DNA of 44,001 nt from positions 1 through 44,001 of IMG/VR virus record IMGVR_UViG_3300020045_006091; one strand, written 5' to 3'. The position numbers and the translations under genes are program-made. The notes beneath the pieces were generated by a model. The model did not search any database. It saw only the letters and a list, made by a program, of their open reading frames with translations, and was not told the origin of the DNA. Below, in pieces: positions 17,052-25,683 of this stretch; position 1 is the stretch's first letter; every line of letters begins with the position of its first letter. This stretch comes from a virus (lineage: Duplodnaviria > Caudoviricetes).

Positions 17052-17756
17052 ATGTTTAAAAAATACTCTTACCTCAACAAACTTATGCTCACTTTTACTT
17101 ATCAAGATGATGATAAATATTTTAAGATGAAAGTTATTAATGAGATAAAAAACTATCTTACAAAATTGATCAGCAATACTAAATCTTCTAATATTAAATT
17201 CTTTTCAAATATTGAGCTAGGCAATCAGTATGACAACCCACATCTTCATGTTCAGCTATTTTATGACGATTATAAACAGATAATGAAGATAAGAAATAAA
17301 GTTATAAGTAAATTTGGACTATTTAGTGAGTTTTGCGAGGTATCTATTCCTGAGTGCTGTGATACTGTTTTTTCGTATGTAGTTAAGGATTACAGTAATG
17401 ATATGGAAGATAGTAGATTATTGCTTTTAGACACCGTTAAACGAGATTATAGACATACTTTAGGCAATAAGATAAGATTTACTGCTATGAGTAAGGAAAA
17501 ATACACTAAGGCTACTTATAAAAAAGCTTACTCAAACGGCATACGCAAGGAGTTTGTCGATGAACTTTTAGATAATTGTATTATTAATAAAGATATTAAA
17601 ATTGTTGATAATAGAGTTATTTTTATGATTATTTTACGAGTTTTACTACAAATAAGAATAAACAAAATGATAGCTTATGATTTTGATGAGATTGGATACA
17701 AAAACCAGTCCCACTATCAAAAATTATTTGATTTATGGGTTACTGGCTTTCTTTAG
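17052..17756 (+). CDS. HUH-superfamily rolling-circle Rep-like endonuclease (frame open from 16947)
   Basis: Motif I MLTFT, motif II PHLHVQLF, motif III YVVK. Confidence 0.75.
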   Translation: MFKKYSYLNKLMLTFTYQDDDKYFKMKVINEIKNYLTKLISNTKSSNIKFFSNIELGNQYDNPHLHVQLFYDDYKQIMKIRNKVISKFGLFSEFCEVSIPECCDTVFSYVVKDYSNDMEDSRLLLLDTVKRDYRHTLGNKIRFTAMSKEKYTKATYKKAYSNGIRKEFVDELLDNCIINKDIKIVDNRVIFMIILRVLLQIRINKMIAYDFDEIGYKNQSHYQKLFDLWVTGFL

Positions 17757-17863
17757 TAAAAGGAGTAAATATGGAAGTCACATTATATCATACCAAGGAG
17801 TAAAAAATGCAAGGTTTTAAATTTTATAATTATGCTGATGTTTTTCCACCATAGCTTATAATA

Positions 17864-18328
17864 TTATTCTATTTTATTAGATGCCATAATAAGAACATTC
17901 CGTTTACTTCTATTCCCCACTTGAACATACCAAGAGCTGTCTTTCATCTCTCTGCTTGCTTGTGGGTAGTCTTTATTCCCCAATGCAAACCACATTTTTT
18001 TAAACTTCATTAATCCACCATATCCAATGTTGAAGCACATATCTAAAAGAACTGCTTTTCTGATTGGTGTTTGGTTTTTGTAGATAATGTTTTGAGATAG
18101 TTTAAACTCGCACGCTATAAGTTCTTTCATTGCCCACTGTGTCGCTACTTCTTCGCTTACGCTTCCATCCTCGTGAAGTTGTTGTACTTCAAGTGCATTA
18201 AGCGGATGCGCTTCTAGGTTTCGCCCGTATCCTTGGGTTAATTTACCAGCATGGCATAAATACTGATTAGGCATAAAGCCTTCTGCTTCTTTTACTAACT
18301 CTAATGCTAAATCTAATTCAATACTCAT
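17864..18328 (-). CDS. Endolysin, GH24/T4-lysozyme-like
   Basis: EG..YLC..GKLTQGYGRNL (E-x8-C-x5-T triad); DMCFNIG..FKKM..DSSWY.QV. Confidence 0.92.
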   Translation of the reverse strand: MSIELDLALELVKEAEGFMPNQYLCHAGKLTQGYGRNLEAHPLNALEVQQLHEDGSVSEEVATQWAMKELIACEFKLSQNIIYKNQTPIRKAVLLDMCFNIGYGGLMKFKKMWFALGNKDYPQASREMKDSSWYVQVGNRSKRNVLIMASNKIE

Positions 18329-18369
18329 ATTTTTCCTTCTAATGTTTAGTTACAACGCAAAAGCTTTCA

Positions 18370-18540
18370 TCATTTGCAACATCCTTGAAACAAGATAATC
18401 CCCACGGCAGTTATCAGTAAGAAGCTATAAAAAAGCTTCTCGTTCTCCAATTTTCGCATAGGGCACTTTTCCTTTTCAAAGCCTTGGAAGCATTTAAGTA
18501 TTGTCTTTTTCTTTTCACAAATATCGCATTTATTTTCCAT
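18370..18540 (-). CDS. 56-aa Cys-rich protein with C-terminal hydrophobic helix
   Basis: MENKCDIC...FYSFLLITAVGIILFQGCCK, between holin and endolysin. Confidence 0.5.
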   Translation of the reverse strand: MENKCDICEKKKTILKCFQGFEKEKCPMRKLENEKLFYSFLLITAVGIILFQGCCK

Positions 18541-18871
18541 CACTTCCCCCTAAAATCCTATCGATAATGATTTTGGCGAAACGACTCTCCACGATGCCTA
18601 AAATGGCATAGCTTGTAACACCAATCAAGCCTATGTAACCATCTCTGCCACTCACGCTGTGGTCGATGAATGATCCTAAACTGTACGCTACAAATGCACC
18701 AATGCACATATTGATAAACATAGCAGAGAAGCTAAAAGGTATGTCTGCTAGTGCTTTGCGTTGTCGTTGATAGTCAAACATATACGCGACTATGCCACCT
18801 GCGCCACCTAAGATAATCTCTTTGAAGGCATCAAAAATCTTTGCCATTAAATCAACATTTGCATTGTTCAC
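18530..18871 (-). CDS. Putative holin
   Basis: 113 aa, three hydrophobic segments, upstream of the endolysin. Confidence 0.75.
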   Translation of the reverse strand: MNNANVDLMAKIFDAFKEIILGGAGGIVAYMFDYQRQRKALADIPFSFSAMFINMCIGAFVAYSLGSFIDHSVSGRDGYIGLIGVTSYAILGIVESRFAKIIIDRILGGSDGK

Positions 18872-19568
18872 GCTTTGCCTCCAAGATATTTTCGTGGATG
18901 CTCAGCATAAGATTAATGAGAATACTAAGAAACCCGATAACATAAAGAACAATTCTAAAAGGTCTGTACCTCGCCCATAGCTCGTCTTCTTGTACACCTT
19001 GCGCTAAAAGTATTTGATTTGGCTTCAAAATTCCACCTCGCGTCAGTCCATCAAAACCAATTCGTTCACTTGGCAAAATTACCCATTCGAGATATTCTCT
19101 TGAATTGTTAAACTGCCACCACGACATACGGTCTATGTTGCTATCGTATCCCGTGTACATCACCGCCATCACTTCTTTACATTTCTTTGGGTCTTTATGC
19201 AATGAACATTCACTCTCTAAGGTCATATACTTACCACCCTCAACAAAACAGTCTAAAGATGGGTCAAACACAAACTCTAAAGTGCGCAGATTGAAAGCAA
19301 ACATATCTCCAGTAGTGGTTACTTTCATCTCTCTTGCGCAAGTTTTAAGGGCTTTTTCTATTTCGTCATTATGAATATTGATGTTATAAATAGGCTGGTC
19401 TGCACTGTTTAAAAGCAAATCATTAACGCAAGATTTTGCTTGCTGTAAATTAAACTTAGCAGTCGTCCTCGCACTAAGTTCTGAGTAATGCTTCCAAGTT
19501 ATGTCAATCGTTACAGTGCTGAATATAATAAGCAATATGACAAATACTCTCGTGCTACTGTATCTCAC
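18852..19568 (-). CDS. Two-TM protein with large periplasmic domain (Cache-like topology)
   Basis: TM near both ends; about 180-aa loop with five Cys; AAGGAG RBS. Confidence 0.75.
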   Translation of the reverse strand: MRYSSTRVFVILLIIFSTVTIDITWKHYSELSARTTAKFNLQQAKSCVNDLLLNSADQPIYNINIHNDEIEKALKTCAREMKVTTTGDMFAFNLRTLEFVFDPSLDCFVEGGKYMTLESECSLHKDPKKCKEVMAVMYTGYDSNIDRMSWWQFNNSREYLEWVILPSERIGFDGLTRGGILKPNQILLAQGVQEDELWARYRPFRIVLYVIGFLSILINLMLSIHENILEAKREQCKC

Positions 19569-19722
19569 TGATTATCTCCTTAGCCTCTTCTTGTTTATCG
19601 TCAATATAGTTGTGAATGTCAAAGCCGACATTGACTCCAAACTGTGCCAACTGTAAGCCTGTTTGGAAGCTTACGCATCCACTAAACAAGAGAGAAAATA
19701 GTAATAAGCTTACGATACGCAT
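19555..19722 (-). CDS. 55-aa lipoprotein
   Basis: MRIVSLLLFSLLFSG-C lipobox; AAGGAGG RBS; below the ORF-track size cutoff. Confidence 0.75.
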   Translation of the reverse strand: MRIVSLLLFSLLFSGCVSFQTGLQLAQFGVNVGFDIHNYIDDKQEEAKEIISEIQ

Positions 19723-20134
19723 TTACTTCCTCCTTATTGTCATTGGCATAAGAACTAGCACCAAACAGCCTAACTGCGTTATACATAGCGTATCGTTTAA
19801 AATAACCTACGCCGTCACTCTGCATGGCTTCAAGGAATATCCCATCGCATATTTTTCTATCAAATGATTGAGAGGCATAGAGTGCATCATGCAAACAACC
19901 AGCTCTTTGATACCCACCAGTCATCGGACTTCCGATTGCACTCCACAACGCCTTAGGAATACTCGCACCATCAAAGTCAAAGCCATGATTAACCTGTATG
20001 ACCAGTTCACTATCTTCCCACACAAGAGGCTTAGTTACCTCATACGCTTGTTCCCCTATCACATCTAGCGATAATTTAGTTGTAAATTTACCCATAGCTA
20101 CTCCTACTTTAGATTCTGTCACACAACTAAACAT
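19682..20134 (-). CDS. DUF1353-family protein
   Basis: GFDFDGASIP..W..GSP..LHDALY..DGIFLEAM..AVRLFG. Confidence 0.88.
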   Translation of the reverse strand: MFSCVTESKVGVAMGKFTTKLSLDVIGEQAYEVTKPLVWEDSELVIQVNHGFDFDGASIPKALWSAIGSPMTGGYQRAGCLHDALYASQSFDRKICDGIFLEAMQSDGVGYFKRYAMYNAVRLFGASSYANDNKEEVNAYRKLITIFSLV

Positions 20135-21162
20135 TGGCTTTCAAGCACTTTACCTGTTCCAATGTTAGCCCACTGCCCTAATTTTGTTTTTGCGTATATG
20201 TTAGCCGTTGAGACTACATTACTATCATTCTGTACTTGACCTACCCAATCTAGGTTTGAGTGTATTTGTCCAAAAGTACACCCACTTATGGCACCATTCC
20301 CTCTAACAATATCTATAAAACCCCATCCAGCATCTTTAAAACTACACCCAGTTAGATTAAACAGTCTCTTGCTTTGGTTTGAGCTTTGTTGGTTAGCCCT
20401 TACATGACAGTGTCCTCCATTAAAGTGTACACCAATAATTGATACATCTCCTGCTCTGTCGTCATTCTCTATATTAATCCCAGTACCTACACCATTCCCA
20501 TAGCTCTCAAAATCGTATCCACCACCAGAGATAGTACCTGTTAAGCCACTACCCTCTATGAAGTTCTCAGCACTATGGCTAAAACAATTACTCATTTGCA
20601 ACCAGTCAACAGCCCCCCCTAACCACAGCAACGCCTGTCTTCTCGATGCTATATTTCCCCCTATTACTGCATTGCCTAAAAAGGGATATAAGTGCACATT
20701 TGATAAATACACTACATCTAATGCTTGTTTTAATTTAATACCAATTTTAGCATCAATATTAAGTCTATCAATGTGTATTCTCCCTTTATTATAGGAAGAG
20801 GACATATCTATCCCTACCATAAACCCAAACAAGTTGCACGACTCTATTTCAATATCCCCAACAATACCATCTGCCAATCTGATGCCTGTCCCAGAGAAGT
20901 TTAGTCCACTTGTTGTAGTATTTGCATTCTTTCGTGTTATTGTAAGGGCTTTTAATGTCGTATTACTATTTAAAGTAATTACCCCATCTCCAGATAGTAA
21001 TAACCTAGAGTCGATACTTTCACCATTAGAACTTAGCCCTGATACTCCTACAAGTGTAGCTCCTCTTGGAATGACTAATTCTTTTGTTATCTCTATGGTA
21101 GTATTTATTGGTATTTCTGCATACCCTGAACTTAGTTGAGTTTCTAGTTGCAACAAAGTCAT
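20119..21162 (-). CDS. Beta-helix (pectate-lyase-like) tailspike/depolymerase candidate
   Basis: IPRGATLVG start followed by G/N/S/I-rich short beta repeats. Confidence 0.65.
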   Translation of the reverse strand: MTLLQLETQLSSGYAEIPINTTIEITKELVIPRGATLVGVSGLSSNGESIDSRLLLSGDGVITLNSNTTLKALTITRKNANTTTSGLNFSGTGIRLADGIVGDIEIESCNLFGFMVGIDMSSSYNKGRIHIDRLNIDAKIGIKLKQALDVVYLSNVHLYPFLGNAVIGGNIASRRQALLWLGGAVDWLQMSNCFSHSAENFIEGSGLTGTISGGGYDFESYGNGVGTGINIENDDRAGDVSIIGVHFNGGHCHVRANQQSSNQSKRLFNLTGCSFKDAGWGFIDIVRGNGAISGCTFGQIHSNLDWVGQVQNDSNVVSTANIYAKTKLGQWANIGTGKVLESQCLVV

Positions 21163-21647
21163 AGCTTAGCCCCATCAATAAATAAATCATCAAGCTGTAA
21201 CTCAGTTAACCCTAAAGCACTCCCCATTGCAATAATATGCTCGTGGTTTCTTTGAATGTCTAATGAGTACTCCCACCAAATTTGCATGGCTTTGTTACCA
21301 ATTAAAAGTGTTTCAACTTCATCAAGTAGCCCAATCGCAAGTAGTTGTAGTCTACATTGACGAGGTGTAAGCATCGTAGGAACATCACGCTCTCTAATCT
21401 CCTCAACAGTTAGCTCAACTACTTCGTAAGTCTTGATGATGTCATCCGTACCTATGGCATAGGATACATTGCCTATCTTGTGGGTCAATCTATCATACTC
21501 TGGTTCACCACCTACTATTGGAAGGTAGCCAAATTCTTTTAAAGTTTCAGCACTTGTGCCTACTCCAAAACTTGTGGTGTCTGTTGAGAATGGAAGAGTA
21601 CGGTTGTACTCTGTTATCTCGTTGCTGATTACTTTTGCATATGTCAT
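21159..21647 (-). CDS. Tail-fibre assembly-associated protein
   Basis: VPTMLTPRQCRLQL..WWEY..LGLTELQLDDLF pattern; downstream of the fibre gene. Confidence 0.7.
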   Translation of the reverse strand: MTYAKVISNEITEYNRTLPFSTDTTSFGVGTSAETLKEFGYLPIVGGEPEYDRLTHKIGNVSYAIGTDDIIKTYEVVELTVEEIRERDVPTMLTPRQCRLQLLAIGLLDEVETLLIGNKAMQIWWEYSLDIQRNHEHIIAMGSALGLTELQLDDLFIDGAKL

Positions 21648-21658
21648 TGTTTATCCTT

Positions 21659-23791
21659 TTATCCTAGTACATCTGAAGAGGGTAACACAGTACCATTAAC
21701 CACGAAGTTTCCACCAGTTCCTAAGTTCTTACCGAGATTAGTAGGTTCATCAAACGGTAAGTATATTAGTGGTATTGGTATAACCCCTGCGTCTATTTGA
21801 GCTTTTAGGTCTTTTGGGTATCCCAAACCATCTACAAATTTAAGTCTGTTTACTTCTTGTGAGAAGTCGATGTAATCAGTTGTGAAGTACATACAAGATA
21901 AATCTCCTTGCCACCATTGCCTTACTATTGATGTCATTTCCTCAGCACCAATATATATTGCGTTAAGACTATTAAAATTTAAGAAATCGTTGGTTAGTGT
22001 CGGTGAGGTATTTGCTTTGACGACACCATTGACACACAATGTAATTGTTGATGCTTCAAGATTAACTGATAATAATATAATTGCCCAATTTGTTATAGCT
22101 GGCATTGCATTCACCCATGATTCATTTAATATTATAGTACCTATGGAATTACTGCCTATAATATCAATATTTGGGGTAGTATTTGCCCCACTAAGCACTC
22201 TAAAGTTATTAGGTGTAAGCCCTGTACTTTGTAGGGATATTATCGTATCAGTGTTACTGCCATCCATATATGCACAGCACATAAAAGTTATTGTTTTAGA
22301 TGCAGATAATCCCACTAAATTGGTAGATTTTAAATATCCACTTGTCCCATCACCACTCATACTCCTTGCCCAAAACTCACTACCACCTCTAGCACCTACA
22401 TAAGGAGCTGAATTAGCTGTGAAGTCACCACCAGTTCCATAGTTATTACCTGCGTTACTTGCATCAAGTGGCATAGCTATCAATGGTGTTATGCCTGTTT
22501 CTGCTATAACTTGACGAACTGGTTTAGGTCTGTTTGCTACGCTGTCCCAAAATGGGTTAGAGGTTGATAGGTCGGTGTAAGTCTGACTCATATAAAACTC
22601 ACCACAAGTTCCAAGAGAATATACTGAAGCACCTTCGTACATTAGATTTATATAAGTCATAGTTGATAGTGGTAGTAGAGCATTTGTATAAGACCCCCAT
22701 GTACCACTAGCAATACGACCATTTACATATACTTTTCTGTTAAGTGTCGATGTTAGGTCTATTGAGAATGCAAGAGCTACCATGCTATTTGATGGGTAAG
22801 CGTAAGTGCTATCAAATCTAAAAATGGCTGTTCCTGCACTATTTTTACCTACTATATAAAACTTACATAACCCATTTGCATCTTTTGGAGAAAAAGCAGC
22901 ATAAAAAAGATGACCTGTACCACCACCAATATATGGGGTTATTAAGTCATCAGTGCCATCATGTTTACCAGTCCATGCAATAGTCAATAGTTTACTATCC
23001 GCAATTCCAGTCAAACTCGTTCTACTCAAATAATCCGCAACCCCATCAAAGTAACTAGCCTTACAGTTATCCTGATTAGCTCCTCTACTTGCTGTGTCAA
23101 TCGTACCGTTTTGTACGAAATTGCCTCCAGTACCCTCGTTGATGTGAGCAGTTGAAGCATCTTTCATTGGTAGGTAGAGGATGGGATTAAGTGCTTTGAG
23201 CGTAGCTGTTGGTGTTGGCTTACCGTCAGCAGTTATGAATAGCCTACGGTTAGCTTCGATGCCTAGGTCTCTATATTGATAATCTAAAAATATATTGGAT
23301 AGTCTGCCTTTAAGTTTAGATGTACCGTTAGTTGCTGCCCCTATTGCCCAAGTTGTTTGTGTAAAGTCAATAAAATCATTATTATAAGTTCCCCAACTAA
23401 TTCCTGAAGGTATAGCATTATTTACATATAAGTATCTATTGGAAGCATTTGTTAAATCACAACTAATTAATAAATTTAGAAATGTTAATCCAACTGCATC
23501 AAAAGATACATTTAGTACCACTGACAAAGAAGTATTATAGGCAAGAACACGAAACTGGGTAGAAGAAAGCCTAGATATATGGAGACTACCATTTACTCCA
23601 GTATGTAAGAATGATTGTGCAATACTCATATCCTGCACATAAACCCAACAACTAAGAGTAAAAGTCTTACTATCCACATTCCCAACTAAGTCACTACTAC
23701 GACTTAAATAATCCGTTACACCATCAAACTCAGTACCCTCAGGAGTTATTACACCTGTACCACTAGAGCCTCCAATATGTAAGAGGCTCAT
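21659..23791 (-). CDS. Receptor-binding protein with three tandem LamG/ConA-like domains
   Basis: Three units starting (F/G)DG...YL and ending P(I/L)..P...N.GTGG.F. Confidence 0.8.
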   Translation of the reverse strand: MSLLHIGGSSGTGVITPEGTEFDGVTDYLSRSSDLVGNVDSKTFTLSCWVYVQDMSIAQSFLHTGVNGSLHISRLSSTQFRVLAYNTSLSVVLNVSFDAVGLTFLNLLISCDLTNASNRYLYVNNAIPSGISWGTYNNDFIDFTQTTWAIGAATNGTSKLKGRLSNIFLDYQYRDLGIEANRRLFITADGKPTPTATLKALNPILYLPMKDASTAHINEGTGGNFVQNGTIDTASRGANQDNCKASYFDGVADYLSRTSLTGIADSKLLTIAWTGKHDGTDDLITPYIGGGTGHLFYAAFSPKDANGLCKFYIVGKNSAGTAIFRFDSTYAYPSNSMVALAFSIDLTSTLNRKVYVNGRIASGTWGSYTNALLPLSTMTYINLMYEGASVYSLGTCGEFYMSQTYTDLSTSNPFWDSVANRPKPVRQVIAETGITPLIAMPLDASNAGNNYGTGGDFTANSAPYVGARGGSEFWARSMSGDGTSGYLKSTNLVGLSASKTITFMCCAYMDGSNTDTIISLQSTGLTPNNFRVLSGANTTPNIDIIGSNSIGTIILNESWVNAMPAITNWAIILLSVNLEASTITLCVNGVVKANTSPTLTNDFLNFNSLNAIYIGAEEMTSIVRQWWQGDLSCMYFTTDYIDFSQEVNRLKFVDGLGYPKDLKAQIDAGVIPIPLIYLPFDEPTNLGKNLGTGGNFVVNGTVLPSSDVLG

Positions 23792-24579
23792 TTAACATCC
23801 TTTTGTATATTTAGAACATTCCAAGTCACTCCAGCATCTATTGTATACATGCTAAGTATGTCTTTACCATTACTTGTTAGTATCGGAGCAGTACCACCAG
23901 CCCATTTCACACCACTAAACCAAGTAATAGCTACGGAACCAGCATTGGTTAGTTCCAATATCATATATGCTACTGTACCACTTGTAGGTACATTACTTAC
24001 AGTAAAGGTTACAGGACTTCCAGAGAAACTTTTAGTATATAAATTGCCTAGACTCAAATCAATATCACTAGCTATAGCTACGCTTGTTTCTTTTAGCGCT
24101 GTTATAGCTCCTGTCATAGTGCCACCGCTTAAAGGTAATTTTGTGTTATCCGAAGCTACCTTTAAATCATAATTAGCACTATCCAAAGATGGGTCTGTCG
24201 TTCCTGCTCCGTTTGTTTTTCTTACATATGTTTTAAAGTCTATTAAACTTAAAACATTTTGTCCTATTGTATAAGTAGTTCCACTTACCCAATTTGAAAC
24301 ATTAGCTGTTAAAAAGGCACTATCTCTCGCACTTTCTGCTAATACTTTGGCATTAACTGCACTTTCCTCAAGTGCATTAACATTATCAGCCAACTCATTG
24401 GCTTGTGTTTTAAAAGTGTTTAAAGCCGTGTTGTATAAAAGAAGTTCTGGCACGAAAGTTGCGTTATAATAAATATGAAAAGGATAAACATTATTTGCAA
24501 ACTCTGTTGTTGTTTGCGTGGCTTTGTCTGGTACTGTTCCACCGTAAATTGTTAAACCTGTCAATATTGGATCTATCAT
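23788..24579 (-). CDS. Tail fibre/adaptor protein
   Basis: WVSGTTYTIG module, LPLSGGTMTG, VKWAGGTAP..DIL C-terminal domain. Confidence 0.75.
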   Translation of the reverse strand: MIDPILTGLTIYGGTVPDKATQTTTEFANNVYPFHIYYNATFVPELLLYNTALNTFKTQANELADNVNALEESAVNAKVLAESARDSAFLTANVSNWVSGTTYTIGQNVLSLIDFKTYVRKTNGAGTTDPSLDSANYDLKVASDNTKLPLSGGTMTGAITALKETSVAIASDIDLSLGNLYTKSFSGSPVTFTVSNVPTSGTVAYMILELTNAGSVAITWFSGVKWAGGTAPILTSNGKDILSMYTIDAGVTWNVLNIQKDVK

Positions 24580-25664
24580 CTTGCCACTCCTACTATTGTT
24601 GCTTGCGTTTGTGATTTACTTGCTGCTTCCATTGGTAATCTCCATTTTTCTAAATACCCTATATCCACTGCTTCTGAGAACTTATCTAAATCTGTTGGTA
24701 TCCAAAGAATATTTCTACTGAGTATTCCTGATATTTTTTGAGCTAAGACATTAAAATCATCAGTTTCGTATATAATTGAGCAATCTATTACTCTTACACT
24801 TCCATATCTTTTAACTGTTCTAAATCCAGATATAGCATCTGTGCTGATTGTACTTTTATCTTCAAATGTCAAACTGCTCCCAACAAGCGTTGCCCCTAAT
24901 TCTTCTTCTTTTCCATATACTATTGTCCCGATACTAGCTTCCCCATCTAATGTAATTCTTAGTATAGAGCTTGGCAACCATTCTAGCCCTGCGATCACTA
25001 CTCTTTTATTTATTTTTGCATCTGTATAAAAATATTCCCCGTAACTTAAGCACCCTATGTCGTTTCCATTTATGGCTTCATTGTAAAAAATTAAATCATT
25101 TCTTACCTCCCACTGAATAGGTGATGTTCCTGGAGTATTGCCCGTGTTAGTATCTATTTTTGAAGAATAAAGTATGCCTCCATCAAGAACTGCATCGTCT
25201 GTATTATATATTGTGGCAGGTACATAATCTCCTAGATAATTAATGCCTGTTGTGCTAAATAGTATCACTTGCGCTAAAATAAAATCCAAGTCTAACCCTG
25301 CTATCGTGTCACTTCTGCTAAAGTCAAATTCCATAACTTTGTTTGTGCCATTTGTTTTTGAGCCAATATTTATGTCTGATGCAAACATATTGTAACTGTT
25401 TAAGGTTGCCCAAAAAACCCAATCTATACTGTTTTCTATTGCAGGGAATTTTCCAGTGTTTTCCGATGCGGATCTATATATTCTTTTTAACTCAGGAATA
25501 ATTGCAAAATCACCTACTGCATAAGTTGTTCCTGCTGCCCAGTTTGAATAAGCTTCATCCACAACTCCTGTTAATAGCGTAGCAGGTTTGTAGTAGTTAG
25601 CATAATAGGTAATGCTGTCGTATGTTACCGATAATTGTTGTGTGTTTGGGTTTACATAGTTCAT
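24576..25664 (-). CDS. Tail-tip protein with small CBM-like modules
   Basis: Directly after the TMP; WAAGTTYAVGD and NTGNTPGTSPIQW motifs. Confidence 0.7.
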   Translation of the reverse strand: MNYVNPNTQQLSVTYDSITYYANYYKPATLLTGVVDEAYSNWAAGTTYAVGDFAIIPELKRIYRSASENTGKFPAIENSIDWVFWATLNSYNMFASDINIGSKTNGTNKVMEFDFSRSDTIAGLDLDFILAQVILFSTTGINYLGDYVPATIYNTDDAVLDGGILYSSKIDTNTGNTPGTSPIQWEVRNDLIFYNEAINGNDIGCLSYGEYFYTDAKINKRVVIAGLEWLPSSILRITLDGEASIGTIVYGKEEELGATLVGSSLTFEDKSTISTDAISGFRTVKRYGSVRVIDCSIIYETDDFNVLAQKISGILSRNILWIPTDLDKFSEAVDIGYLEKWRLPMEAASKSQTQATIVGVAR

Positions 25665-25683
25665 AATTTTATTATACCTTTTT

